DNA from: Octopus sinensis | Taxonomy: Eukaryota | Direction: 5' to 3' | DNA length: 64,000 nt | Assembly: GCF_006345805.1 (NCBI RefSeq) | Contig: NC_043002.1 | Span: forward strand, 11,036,001-11,100,000 | Shown here: in pieces, positions 1-12,282 of the stretch | Layout of the letters: every line of letters begins with the position of its first letter | How positions within the stretch are numbered: the stretch's first letter is position 1 | Notes under the pieces: generated by a model | What the model saw: only the letters and a program-made list of their open reading frames with translations | What the model was told of the DNA's origin: nothing | The model's database searches: none | Position numbers and translations under genes: made by a program

Positions 1-879
1 CTCGGCAGAAAGAAAGAAAGAAAGAAAGAAATTCAATTATATATAGAGAACTATTGCGCGAAGGCAGCATAAATAAAACAACCCTTCCTCAATTTTACCT
101 GCGAGCATTGTAAGAAGATGCGTCTTCGTCAAAGCAATTACCCCCCAAAGCAAATTAAGTAATATTTGAGATACGTGGAACGTCCAAGCTGCTAACGAAA
201 ACAGGACATTGAAAACATTCGGTAAGGGCTTTTTAAACCTAACGAGTTGAAGTGGTGAATGCTGGAGAAAAAAATCTTTGCCAAGAGACAGAAAAGAATG
301 CGTCTTACAAGTATAAGCTGAAAGAGAAGAAAAAGAATTACATTTAGAAATAGAGAACTATAATTATTGAGGACAGAATTTGAGTTAGAAATAAGGAACT
401 ATAAATATTGAATTTTGCATAAAGTGGTGGCTTACATTCGGGGCTTCCAATTTCTCTGTAATATAGAAGATAATCGCAAAATCATCGTACATGTCACCAT
501 CGATTACGAACACCGGTGGAAAATAAAAGCTCTAGAGGAACTTCTTGTTCTTTCATTCGTACAAGGATCGTATTATGTTTCGGCTTAAAATAAATTATAG
601 ATACAAATATAATGTATAGATATATATATAAAAGCCAGAATAGAAAATATACGTCTTAGACATATAAAATGAGATAACATGAGATATGAAGGTGTTATAA
701 ACTTGAAACGTACATCATAGATTATATATACCAAGTCATCCAATCAGTTCTGTCCAATTTTATCTTGTTTTAGATTTGAATGAAATTTAATAGTATTTTC
801 AAATGTCTAAATTGAATTAAAAAGTATTTTTATGCATTTATGTACGTTTAAACTAATTCAATATTGTTTTACAAAATAA

Positions 880-1666
880 TAGAGGGTGTCCACAAAGTCT
901 GCGTACATGGGGATTAACACATACTTTTAAAACAAAACAATTTTATTTAATTATATTTAATTATAAATAATATTTTCAAAGTGATTTTCATCATTTTCAA
1001 TGCATATCTTTATGCGCCTTGGAAAATTCAGGTAGACTTGATTAAATAAGTCTACATCGCCATCGGTGGAGGCGTAATGGCCCTGTGGTTAGGGCAGCGG
1101 ACTCGCGGTCATACGATCGCGGTTTCGATTCCCAGACCGGGCGTTGTGAGTGTTTATTGAGCGAAAACACCTAAAAGCTCCACGAGGCTCCGGCAGGGGA
1201 TGGTGGTGATCCCTGCTGTACTCTTTCACCACAACTTTCTCTCACTCTTACTTCCTGTTTCTCTTGTACCTGTATTTCAAAGGGCCGGCCTTGTCACTCT
1301 CTGTGTCACGCTGAATATCCCCGAGAACTACGTTAAGGGTGCTTGTGTCTGTGGAGTGCTCAGCCACTTACACGTTAATTTCACGAGCCGGCTGTTCCGT
1401 TGATTCGGATCAACCGGAACGATCATCGTCGTAACCGACGGAGTGCTTCCATCCATTGCCATCAATTTCAGCACATTGACTGGTAATGCGTTCTCTCATG
1501 TGTTTTAAATCTGTAATCTTTATTGTAATCTTTCTCTTTCAACATACCCCAGAAAAAGAAATCAAGGGGAGAAATGTCTGGTGAACGAGGGGACCTTTCC
1601 ATATGAGCCCTTCTTCCAATCCAGTGAGGAAAAGTGTCATTAAGCCAATCTCTAACAGTTGTGGCA
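880..1666 (-). mobile_element. Tc1/mariner (IS630-Tc1-mariner) transposase C-terminal relic with terminal inverted repeat, interrupted by a SINE
   Basis: Minus strand 1540-1665 reads ATTVRDWLNDTFPHWIGRR..SPRSPDISPLDFFFWG, the conserved catalytic C-terminal block. A TIR-like end TAGAGGGTGTCCACAAAGTC lies at ~880. Confidence 0.75.
1065..1453 (+). mobile_element. tRNA-derived SINE, family C (tail type 1)
   Basis: A-box-like TGGCCCTGTGG and B-box-like GGTTTCGATTCCC. TSD CAT(C/T)GCCATC at 1055-1064 and 1454-1463. Second copy at 37459-37803. Confidence 0.9.
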
Positions 1667-1890
1667 GACGAAATACCTATTTCTTTACTACCTACAAGGG
1701 GCTAAACACAGAGAGGACAAACAAGGACAGACAAACAGATTAAGACGATTATATCGACCCCAGTGCGTAACTGGTACTTAATTTATCGACCCCGAAACAA
1801 TGAAAGGCAAAGTCGACCTCGCCGAAATTTGAATTCAGAACGTAAAGACGGATGAAATGTCGCTACGCATTTTGTTCGGTGTGCTAACTA
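1665..1890 (-). mobile_element. SINE family A (tail-1 unit)
   Basis: Reverse complement of the GTTCAAATTCCGCCGAGGTCGAC...CCCCTTGTGGGTAGTAAAGAAATA unit repeated throughout the window. Confidence 0.85.
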
Positions 1891-2339
1891 TTCTGTCCCT
1901 TCACCGTCTTATAGCATATCGGTTATGTCGTCATGCGACTGCATCGCATATCCTCTATTTCGACGATATTATTATCACTACGTGTGACCCTTCCAGCAAA
2001 CAAACAAACAAACAAACAAAAGAAATGAAAAGAGATCGGGTTCTGTGTTTGTGCAGCCATGTTTGGGCACCACCTTTACGGTTAGTTTAAGTCAATCATA
2101 ACAACGCCATTACTGAATGAAGACTCGTAGTTATTAATATCGATATCTATTTTATTGATTGGCTAAATATGCGTTTAGACGTAATATGTATTCTTTGGTA
2201 GACAAGTGTTGTGTCAAACACCCAACATAAACATATAGACCTAAGTACATATAGAAGCACAATACAACACATATAAGTATACATACATACGTACATACAT
2301 ACATACATACATACATACATACATACATACATAAATACA

Positions 2340-3656
2340 CTAGCAGAGATACCCGGCGTTGCCCGGTTACATTCAATTGAAGAATTAGACTTTTCTGTTA
2401 TATTTTCTGTAATTAACTGGAATATGTGTTTCGAATTTCATCAAAATTGCAAATGAGGGTTATTTCCCTCTTTACACACCCTAAAAAATTGTAATCGTGC
2501 CACATGTATCCCACACTCCTGATTTTTATGCGCATATTCCAAAATTCCAGTCTTATTGAACCTGTTAAAAAGATTTTGCTCCAGAAAAATGAAGGTCATG
2601 GAGCTCTAAAATGTGAGAGTTGAGGCCCCTGTTGGGGGTGGGTATCTTAATGTCAACTAGAGAAGTTGAATTGTTGAAAATCTTTTTAACTTGGGTATTA
2701 TATCTATTGTTTGAATTTTTTTGAAATAGGAAATATATGTTCACTGGGTTTGTAAAAGAGAGCAAAGCTACAGAAAACCAAAAGACGAATGATCACAATA
2801 AGCAGTCAGTTACCCTACCCTAGTCGTTACCACTCCCAATGTAGGATTCCTCACCATTCATGTAACAGGCACAGCCGTAAAATGCATTACGAATCTATAG
2901 CAATTGGAAGGGCGTGACTCAACTGAAATAAACATTAACAACTGTGTGACGTGAGGGCTAAGGAGAAATGAAAGTTGGAGTTTGCATATGACCACTATAC
3001 TGATATGTAACTAGACAGAATAAATTTACAATCTATAAAAGTCTTTGAATAACCAGTCACTCATCTGGGAAGGCCTTGAAATCAATGTTACCATCTGGGG
3101 ACTATGTGTGACCGAGTGATAATAAAAAGACTGAAAGATGGCCTGCAATCAAATAACTTTACTCAACACTTTGCAACTGAATCAGTGGAGGCAAAGATGC
3201 CTCTCATTTACTTAAAAATTTATGCACCACATTGCAGAAATCACAATGTAAGTGTATGTTAACGTAAACTGTTACACTATTGTACCATTAAATTACAAAT
3301 AATGCCGAACTTTTATGCTCGGGTAACCCTACAGCTTCCAAGAGCACAACTGTATTCGTTTTTACTTAGATAAAATGACAAAATTGTGGGTGTTAAGTCC
3401 CCATGGAGGGGTCTTTCTAACTTTGTAAGAAGATGAAATTTTATAAATATTACTTCATTTGTGTCTAATATCTATGGTTAAAATTTCATCAACAGCAAAA
3501 ATATATGAATTGTCATGGGGGCTATGGCCCTTATGCATAGAATATAATTTCCAAATTTCATAAAGATCCATTCAGTACTTATGACCTAGTTTTAGATCAA
3601 ATAAGAAATGACTAAAATTTCGGAGTTAAGGCTCCCATTAGGGTTTTATATATATA
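2340..3656 (-). mobile_element. Non-autonomous Helitron
   Basis: Minus strand ends CCGGGCAACGCCGGGTATCTCTGCTAG|T (GC hairpin plus CTAG terminus). Candidate 5' end (TA)nTAAAACC near 3640-3656. No Rep/helicase ORF. Confidence 0.65.
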
Positions 3657-3659
3657 TAT

Positions 3660-3876
3660 TTTGCACGCATATTTTTTCTCTCCTTCTTTCTGTGTTTTTT
3701 TCTCTGTGTATCTTTCTGTTGAAGAGCGTAGGCTCGAAACGTTAAATACTTGTTTCATTTGTATTTCCTGAGCGCCATACTAATACAATTGTTTGTTTGT
3801 ATTCCACCTGCCTTCGTCTTTTGTTTATTTCCGTAAACCTGCCTTCGTCTTTTGTCTATTTTCATAAAGCTTACCG

Positions 3877-3880
<4 letters not shown>
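3660..3880 (+). mobile_element. Short Penelope-like non-autonomous element with minimal hammerhead motif (family H1)
   Basis: TCTTT-CTGTTGA-A-GAGC-GTAG-GCTC-GAAACGTT-AAA at 3711-3746. Related copies at 61750-61912 and 41680-41910. Flanked by (TA)n. Confidence 0.6.
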
Positions 3881-3932
<52 letters not shown>

Positions 3933-3965
3933 CACACATATATATATACATATATTATATATATG

Positions 3966-4042
<77 letters not shown>

Positions 4043-4095
4043 GATAGATAGATAGATAAATAGATAGATAGATATAGATATATACACACACACAT
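3878..4095. repeat. Compound (TA)n/(GATA)n microsatellite
   Basis: Direct reading. Confidence 0.98.
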
Positions 4096-4129
4096 ACAAA
4101 GATAAATTGATAGATACAACTGAGTGGGC

Positions 4130-4366
4130 AAACAAAAATATGAGACACAGCCTAGTACATTTTTATGCTGCTGTTTGGATGGATCCATCCCATGTGGAGT
4201 ACCTCGAGACCAGTATAGAAGATTCTGTCTGTTGACCTCACCATTTACATAAAACGTAGCTTCGTCACTGAACAACAAAGTTTTTCGTAAAACTAGACAG
4301 AAGGACCGATTAAATTGCTCGTGTTCTTATTTAGTCCGGACTTCCTGATGGACAAAACCCCTGTAG
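4130..4366 (-). mobile_element. Tc1/mariner transposase relic (first catalytic Asp block) with possible TIR
   Basis: ORF 3955-4278 begins LFSDEATFYVNGEVNRQNLLYW. TACAGGGG..TGTCCA..AAGTC on the minus strand at ~4366 resembles the TIR at 880, so both relics may be one element. Confidence 0.7.
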
Positions 4367-4663
4367 GATCGAGCAGAAGTGACGAATGCATGTATAGCCC
4401 TACTGGTTCACGATAAGCTCTACAAAACGGAAGTGCTATCAGACAGACCCGTTTGTGCGATGAGCGGGGCAACGAAACCCTTCTGCTTGCACTCGTCTAG
4501 TGCCCGGCAATTGCTGCCTTGTGAAGCTTTGTCAAACAGCTTTTGACGTGCGTAGGACGGATCTATTTTATATGCGAATCTTTGTGCAGTCCTTTCTATC
4601 GCTTGTGTTGCATTGACCTCTTTTGTTTTGTGTTCGTCCCTTGTGACCTGAAATGTAAAGAGT

Positions 4664-5166
4664 ATTATTATTATTCAGTAGTTTCATTTTTATATCGTGC
4701 TTTCACTTCACTACCGAGCGCAGCTCTGTGTACCTTGGGTATGTGCTGTGATTTGTTGTGATGCTCTGATGGTTACTGTATTGAAAGTGTTCTGCGTAGG
4801 ATGTGTGCAGTGCCTAGTAGTGCAATTTTCTGTATGTTGTATATAAGCCCTGGTGTTTTTGTCATGTATTTGTGTAATTTTTTTTTTATTATACCTAATG
4901 CGCCTACTATGATAGGAATTGTTTCTGTTTTTAGATTCCACATTCGAGTTACCTCTATTTCCAGGTCTTTGTATTTTGAAAGTTTCTCCATTTCTTTTAG
5001 AGAAACATTGTCATCAGCTGGTATTGATACATCAATTAGAAAGCATTTTTTTTCTTCATGATCTCTGACAAGTATATCTGGCCTATTGGCCTTAATTTCT
5101 CTATCTGTGTATATTGGTATATCCCAGAGTATGGTTGCTTTCTTGTTTTCTGTGACCTTTTCTGGT
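4664..5166 (-). mobile_element. 5'-truncated R4/Dong-clade non-LTR retrotransposon (RLE domain and 3' UTR)
   Basis: ILWDIPIYTDREIKANRPDILVRD..CFLIDVSIP..EKLSKYKDL..PIIVGALG (restriction-like endonuclease PD..D motif). (TAA)n at both ends. Confidence 0.9.
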
Positions 5167-5227
5167 ATTATTATTATTATTATAATTATTGTTGTTGTTG
5201 TTGCTGTTTTTATTATTATTATTATTA

Positions 5228-5275
<48 letters not shown>
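5166..5275. repeat. (TTA)n/(TTG)n microsatellite
   Basis: Direct reading. Confidence 0.98.
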
Positions 5276-5894
5276 CTGCCACAAACGTAAAAATCTGATA
5301 AGCGTTATATGGGAGTATAGTTGCATCAGAATATCTGACATACATCGCCAAAAGAATTATGATATCACACAACCAGCGACAACAATATTTCTCAACGGTG
5401 GCTTCAATTAACATAGAACCAGTCGGAGGTCATATTTCGAGCTCAATGGAAACCTGTCGAAAAATTCTTCGCTCCAAAACACAACAATGAAGCAGAGATG
5501 AAATTGATTGAATAACAGGAGAAACAGGAGACACAAGAACAAATACAGAAATAATACAAATCTTACTGAAAAAAAAAATCATCATCCTAATGATCTCCGA
5601 AAGAAACGTTGTTTGGTAAATCCTTAGGAAGCTTAGTTCGACGCCAGGTGTTTGGTCCACTTTTGTTTAAAATTTATTCATTTCTTGAGGCAAATGTGAC
5701 AAAGGAATGGTATAATGGAGTGAAAGGGAATGAAAGAAAAAATGAGAAGAGAGTTGGAAGAAAGAAAATTAAGAGAAAATAATGAAATGACAAAAATTAT
5801 CTTTTTGTTTTTCTTTAGAAAGAGTAATTTTTTTTTTTTTTAACGATGAAGGATTAAGACAATGGAGAAAAGGAAACGAAGTGGAGTGAAGGAA

Positions 5895-6163
5895 TCCGAA
5901 GAAAGAAAGAAAAGAAAGAAAGAAAGAAAGAAAGAGTGAGAGAAGAAAGAAAGAAAGAAAGAAAGACAGAGTGAGAGAAAGAAAGAAAGAAAGAGAGAAA
6001 GAAAGAGAGAAAGAGAGAAAGAAAGAAGGAAAGAAAGAAAGAGAGAAAGAGAGAAAGAAAGAAAGAAAGATGAAAGGAAAGAAAGAGAGAAAGAGTGAGA
6101 GAAAGAGGGAAAGAGAGAAAGAAAGAAAGAAAGAAAGAAAGAGTGAGAGAAATAGAGAAAGAG

Positions 6164-6194
<31 letters not shown>

Positions 6195-6562
6195 AGGATG
6201 AAAGGAAACAATGAAAGGAAGAAAGAAGGAAGGAAAGAAGGAAAGAAAGAAAGAAAGAAAGAAAGGAGGAAAGAAAGCCAAAAAGAAAGAGAGGGAGAAA
6301 GAGAGAAGAAAGAAAGAAAGAAAGAAAAAGAAAGAAAGATGAAAGGAAACAATGAAAGAAAGAAGAAGAAGAAGAAAGAAGAAAGAGTGAGAGAAAGAAA
6401 GAAAGAAAGAAAGAAGAGTGAGAGAAAGAAAGAAAGAAAGAGAGAAAGAAAGAGAGAAAGAGAGAAAGAAAGAAGAAAGAAAGAAAGAGAGAAAGAGAGA
6501 AAGAAAAAGAAAGAAAGATGAAAGGAAGAAAGAGAGAAAGAGTGAGAGAAAGAGGGAAAGAG

Positions 6563-6593
<31 letters not shown>

Positions 6594-6796
6594 GTGAGAG
6601 AAAGAAAGAAAGAAGGAAAGAAAGAAAGAAAGAAGAAGATGAAAGGAAAACATGAAAGGAAGAAAGAAGGAAGGAAGAAGGAAAGAAAGAAAGAAAGAAA
6701 GAAAGAAGGAAAGAAGCCAAAAAGAAAGAGAGGGAGAAAGAGAGAAAGAAAGAAAGAAAGAAAGGAAAAAGAAAGAAAGATGAAAGGAAACAATGA

Positions 6797-6848
<52 letters not shown>

Positions 6849-6950
6849 GAGAAAGAGAAGAAGAAAGAAAGATGAAAGGAAACAATGAAAGAAAGAAAGA
6901 AAGAAAGAAAGAAAGGGGGGAAAGAAAGAAAGAAAGGAGGAAAGAAAGCA
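5895..6950. repeat. ~1-kb polypurine (AAAG)n-based complex satellite
   Basis: Almost pure A/G with recurring markers such as GATGAAAGGAAACAATGAAAG and GAGTGAGA. Confidence 0.97.
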
Positions 6951-7364
6951 GATAAGAGAACGCTGTATAATTAATTAGATATTCAAAGTTCAGTTTAATC
7001 CTGTTTCTTCTCCTTCCTCTGATTTCCTCTTCCTTTCCATTCTATCTTCCTTGATTGACCAATAAAGAAGGCAATCTTTTGTTCATCGGTTCCCACCTAA
7101 GGCTGTATTATCAAGTTGAATGCAACTTATTGAAGGCATTCTCTATAACTATTTATTCAACTTCGTCAGGTATTTTCCACGCTCAATATTGGATAAATTG
7201 AGTTACACGACACATCATTATAACCTAAAATGTTTCACACTGCTTCCAATATATCAAATGGTTCTAATGTACCAAATGATGAAGATGTAATACAAATACC
7301 GAGCTTTTAAAAATCGCCTGACTTGCTTCCAGTTTCTTGAACCTAACAATTTTAATTTGTTGAT

Positions 7365-8172
7365 AAGGCGGCGAGCTGGCAGAATCGTTAGCACGCCGGG
7401 TGAAATCCGTAGCCGTATTTCGTCTGTCGTTACGTTCTGAGTTCAAATTCCGCCGAGGTCGACTTTGCCTTTCTTCATTTCGGGGTCGATGAATTAAGTA
7501 CCAGTTACGCACTGGGGTCGATATAATTGACTTACTCCGTTTGTCTGTCCTTGTTTGTCCTCTCTGTGTTTAGCCCCTTGTGGGTAGTAAAGAAATAGAA
7601 ATAGGTATGACGTCTGCCGCTACGTTCTGAATTCAAATTCCGCCGAGGTCGACTTTGCCTTTCATCATTTCGGGGTCGATAAATTAAGTACCAGTTACGC
7701 ACTGGGGTCGATATAATTGACTTAGTCCGTTTGTCTGTCCTTGTTTGTCCTCTCTGTGTTTAGCCCCTTGTGGGTAGTAAAGAAATAGAAATAGGTATTT
7801 CGTCTGCCGCTACGTTCTGAATTCAAATTCCGCCGAGGTCGACTTTGCCTTTCATCCTTTCGGGGTCGATAAATTAAGTACCAGTTACGCACTGGGGTCG
7901 ATGTAATCGACTTAATCTCTTTGTCCTTGTTTGTCCCCTCTATGTTTAGCCCCTTGTGGACAATAAAGAAGTAAGAAACGTTAGAACGCCGAGCGAAATG
8001 CTTAGCGGTATGTCGTCTGCCTTTACGTTCTGAGTTCAAATTCCGCTGAGGTTGACTTTGCCTTCCATCCTTCCGAGGTCGATAAATTAAGTACCAGTTG
8101 CATACTGGCTCGATCTAATCGACTGGACCCCTCCCACCAAATTTCGGGCCTTGTGCCTAGAGTAGAAAAGAA
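7365..8172 (+). mobile_element. Tandem array of four SINE-A units (three tail-1, terminal tail-2)
   Basis: Head AAGGCGGCGAGCTGGCAGAATCGTTAGCACG, ~185-bp repeating units, last unit ends GGCCTTGTGCCTAGAGTAGAAAAGAAT. Confidence 0.92.
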
Positions 8173-8236
8173 TTTAAATTTGTTGATAAATTATGTTGCT
8201 TCAATGTTTTCTTTTGCTTTTTTTTTTATTATTCAT

Positions 8237-8870
8237 AGGCGCGAACATGGCTGTGTCGTTAAGAATCTCATTTTACAACCGCGCGGTTTCGGGTTCAGTT
8301 TCCTGGAGTGACACTTCGGCAAGTGTCTTCGACTGTAGTCCAGTGTCGATCAATGCCTTGTGAATTAATTTGGTAGACGGAATGAGTATGGAAGCCCGTC
8401 GTATATATCTATGTGTATAAAGGCGGCGAGCTGGCAGAAACGTTAGCACGCCGGGTAAATGCGTAGCCGTATTTCGTCTGTCGTCACGTTCCGAGTTCAA
8501 ATTCCGCCGAAATCGACTTTGCCTTTCATCCTTTCGGGGTCGATAAATTAAGTACCAGTTCTGCACTGGGGTCGATGTAATCGATTTTATCCGTTTGTCT
8601 GTCCTTGTTTGTCCCCTCTATGTTTAGCCCCTTGTGGGCAGTAAAGAAATACGTATTTCGTCTGTCGTCACGTTCCGAATTCAAATTCCGCCGAGATCGA
8701 CTTTGCCTTTCATCCTTTCGGGGTCGATAAATTAAGTACCAGTTACGCACTGGGGTCGATATAATTGACTTAGTCCGTTTGTCTGTCCTTGTTTGTCCTC
8801 TCTGTGTTTAGCCCCTTGTGGGTAGTAGAGAAATATATACATTTGTGTGTATGTGTGTATGTGTGTGTGT
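8237..8870 (+). mobile_element. Degenerate SINE-B with a SINE-A dimer (8420-8835) nested in its internal microsatellite
   Basis: B head AGGCGCGAACATGGCTGTGT..GGTTCAGT. A units begin AAGGCGGCGAGCTGG at ~8420. Confidence 0.8.
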
Positions 8871-9815
8871 GAGTAAGAGAGAGAGGGGGAGTGGGGGAGA
8901 AAGAAAGTAAGTCATTGATAGAAACCTCAAGAGGGTAAAATCTCGCTCGTCTTCTTTATCGTCTGCTTGAAATTTTTGAAATGTTTTTTCTGGTGGAATT
9001 GTTATATAAAATCTATTAAAAACCAACTCCTTCGAAGCTGGATCCGGGGAATTCCTTGATTAATATCCCACGCCTCTAAAACAATTACCAAAGGACATAC
9101 ATTTTGAAGAAGATCATCGGAACTCTTATGTACATCCTTTATTCTTTTATTGATTAATGTCTTACAGTAACCTCATATTCGCCAGAAATTATTGGAGAAC
9201 AGTAACACTTGGCCTACAAACAGCGCATGATCAAACTCGTATTCCACAAATAGAACAACTGCTCTCATTAGGAAACAATGATCTATTATTCTTGGTTTGT
9301 AATGTAAATATTTCAATCGGTAAAATCTGTTCAAATTACATCTTCCACATCGGAATAAGCTCCAGTGACGGATTTCTCACAAAATTAATCTTTTTACTTA
9401 ATACATAATTCGTGCACAGAAGCATATGTCCACCAAGAGAGGCGATTGAATTATGCGTTCGGTAAAATATATCACGATATAAATCTGACATAAATCTATA
9501 TAACAAGTACTATGCAAAAAAATGACCACCACCGCCACCATTATCAATCCAGAATTTTCGCTAGTCAACAACACCCTTTCCTTCTTGCCAGATTATTGCA
9601 TTATGGGAATTTTCGCCTTGTAGTGTTAGATTTTACCGCAAATAGCTCTAGTCTCGAAGGGCCAGCAAACGATATGTGCAAAACCCCACACTACGAACAA
9701 ATTCAAATAAATTATTTTGAAAAATAGTTGTGTTGTTGTTGTTGTTGTTGTGATGGTTATCGTTGCAATAATAATAATTATCATCATCATCATCATCATC
9801 ATCATCGTTATTATT

Positions 9816-10025
9816 AAGGCGGCGAGCTGGCAGAACCGTTAGCGTGCCGGACGAAATGCTTAGCGGTTTTTCGCCCGTCGCTACGTTCTGAGTTAAAATT
9901 CCACCGAGGTCGACTTTACTTTTCATCCTTCCGAGATCGATAAAATAAGTGCCAGCTACGCACTTGATTCGATGAAATCGACTAAGTCTCCTCCCCTAAG
10001 CTGTCTTTGTGGCAAAATTTGAAAT
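9816..10025 (+). mobile_element. SINE-A monomer
   Basis: AAGGCGGCGAGCTGGCAGAACCGTTAG head plus GTCGAC core. Confidence 0.85.
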
Positions 10026-11320
10026 TATTATTATTATTTATTGTCTTTGCACTGCTTCAAACGCTGGCGAAGTTCTACAGTGTCAGCTGTTCTCTACCAG
10101 TGAACGAAGGTAACACATTTTTCGAGCACCAACCGGAGTATTCAAGCGGTTTCAAGCAGTGCTGTTTTCTACAAGTGCTCCACCCTTATTGCAGCCCCTA
10201 TTTGTTCCATGTACTTCTCAAGATTTTTACTCAATATTCCTAGGGATCCGACAATTATTGGTACTACTACAACTTTTTTCATTGACCACAACTGCTTAAC
10301 TTCCCTAGCTAACCTGTCATGTCTATCGACTTTTCTTTCTTCCTTATCGCATACATTGTTTTCAGCTGGACATGCTATAGCTATGATCCAGCATCGTTTG
10401 TTTTCTTTCTCAATTAACACGATGTCTGCCTTCCTATTCTCTATCTCATGGTCGCACTGAATCATGAAATCCTATAGGATCGTTGCATTATCATTTTCGA
10501 TGATGCCTTCGGGTTTCTGTTCGTACCACGTTTTTGCTCTGTCAAGTTCATACTTGTTGCAAAGTGTCCAATGGATAATCGTTGCTATGTTGTCATGAGT
10601 CTTTTATATTCTTTCCTGGCTAGTGACGTACATTGACTGGTAATATGCCAAACGGTTTCACCGTTTTGTCCACAAATTCTGCAATTATCACTTTCTGATG
10701 TGTTGTCTATTCTGTATTTGATGTAATTCGTTCTTAATGATTGCTCAGCACAGATTAGATCCTCCGTTTTTGGATTTAAATGACTTTTAGTCATCCATAG
10801 CTATCTTTTTCCGCTGTCTTCCTTATCTTCAACATCCCTATGAAATTGTCCATGCATTCTTTTCTTTACCCACCTATTTTCAGTTTCATTCATTCTCAAC
10901 TGCTTGTGCAGTGCTTTATCTTTGCAATCGCCCATCCAGCACAAGCCTGACCTTCTTATTTCCAATAATAGTGGTTCTGTGACATTATTACATACCATGC
11001 TATGTTGCTGTCTTCTGCTCTAATGCTGTGTTCGCATCCAGTCAATCCTCTTCCCCCTCTTTTTCATGGTACATATAGTATGGAGTATCCCATATTTAGT
11101 CAGCAACTTCCTTGTCTTTCTGTCAAAGCTGTTTAGTTCGTCTACTGTCGATGCGATTACCCCTGCTCCATATCTAAGGAGTGAAACCGCCCAGGTGTTG
11201 ATAGCTTCAATCTTATTCCTTCCGTTTAATTTCGACTTAAGGATCAGTCTCAGTCTCCTCAACTACTCCACCTTCAATTTTTGTCATTTCTTTCTCCATC
11301 AATTTATCCATTATCCCCAA
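10025..11320 (-). mobile_element. 5'-truncated R4/Dong-clade retrotransposon (post-RT region, CCHC knuckle, RLE)
   Basis: LILKSKLNGRNKIEAINTWAVSLLRYGAG; CRICGQNGETVWHITSQC; RKADIVLIEK..PIIVGSLG. 3' end in (TAA)n. Frameshifted. Confidence 0.9.
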
Positions 11321-11384
11321 GTCGGTGTCCCCTAACATGAGCACCATTTTCGTCTTTATTCCCGATGTTTTTGGATAGACACGA

Positions 11385-11642
11385 AAAGAATTCCTCTCAA
11401 CACACGGCTATGATTCTCCCGCACTACTTCTGCTTGTGATCAGAGATGCACATGTCGTCAGGCACTAAGGGACATGCTCAACTGGTTAAGGTCAAATGAC
11501 TGACAAGCAAGTCTGTGGTATTGAGCAGAATATTTGCTGTAGCCCATCTTTTATACCAAGACAAAACAATGTACATGATAACACTTCCAATCAGTTAAGA
11601 TCAGAAGCCATGAGAGCCACTGCCTGGTACTGCATCAGGGCA
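11385..11642 (-). mobile_element. Partial copy of TAA-associated non-coding element D
   Basis: Near-identical to 11955-12213. Confidence 0.85.
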
Positions 11643-11659
11643 TTATTATTATTATTATT

Positions 11660-12212
11660 GAGCGAGAGAGCAGTGCATGCCATCACAGTGACACAGGGGT
11701 AAAACATACGAAGTCCAGTATACCCATCATGACTACCCGTCTGATAAGGGTACACCAGGCACATGCATCACAACCATATGTGCGCGACATGCTGATCTCA
11801 TATCAAGATAAACAGCGCATGACCTTGCAGGTGGGGCCCAGTTAGAATTTTCTTCTGGTCAAGTAGCCCATCCCGCTCAAAAGGTCCCTGAATAAGGATT
11901 GTTTAAAGATGTTGAACGAAACACTCATGTTCCCAAAGGTGAATTATCCAAACCTCTAAGAATTCCTTTCAACACACGACTATGATGCTCCTCCACTACT
12001 TCTGCTCGTGATCAGAGATGCACATACTCTCAGCCACTAAGGGACATGTTCAACTGGTTACGGTCAAACAACTGACAAGCAAATCTGTGGTATTGAGCAG
12101 AATATTTGCTGTAGCCCATCTTTTATACCAATACAAAACAATGTACATAATAACACTTCCAATCAGTTAAGATCAGAAGCCATGAGAGCCACTGCCTGGT
12201 ACTGGATCAGGG

Positions 12213-12213
<1 letters not shown>
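11660..12213 (-). mobile_element. Full-length ~555-bp TAA-associated non-coding element D
   Basis: Matches 48836-49391 end to end and 43470-43882 in reverse. (TAA)n on both sides. Confidence 0.88.

Positions 12214-12282
<69 letters not shown>

Noticed and set aside
1065-1140. tRNA genes at SINE heads (also 29065, 30114, 38215, 44560)
   Set aside because: A/B boxes run into SINE bodies, several bounded by TSDs, and I could not fold a complete acceptor stem.
4455-4485. GATGAG..CGAAAC hammerhead-like string
   Set aside because: Core lacks CTG and stem II does not pair.
5769-6885. Three 294-343 aa ORFs
   Set aside because: Translations of the (CTTT)n satellite; low complexity and open in all frames.
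7150-7200. LSNIERGKY, an XRE helix-turn-helix-like peptide on the minus strand
   Set aside because: Short, bounded by stops, no supporting context.
7365-8172. CRISPR-like regular repeats
   Set aside because: Units are ~185-bp SINE copies with no unique spacers, no cas genes, and a eukaryotic context.
9157-9408. 83-aa ORF in unique DNA
   Set aside because: No recognisable motif or splice context; length is within chance expectation.
12140-12213. HDV-like ribozyme at the 5' end of element D
   Set aside because: I could not build the nested double pseudoknot by eye; it needs a descriptor search.
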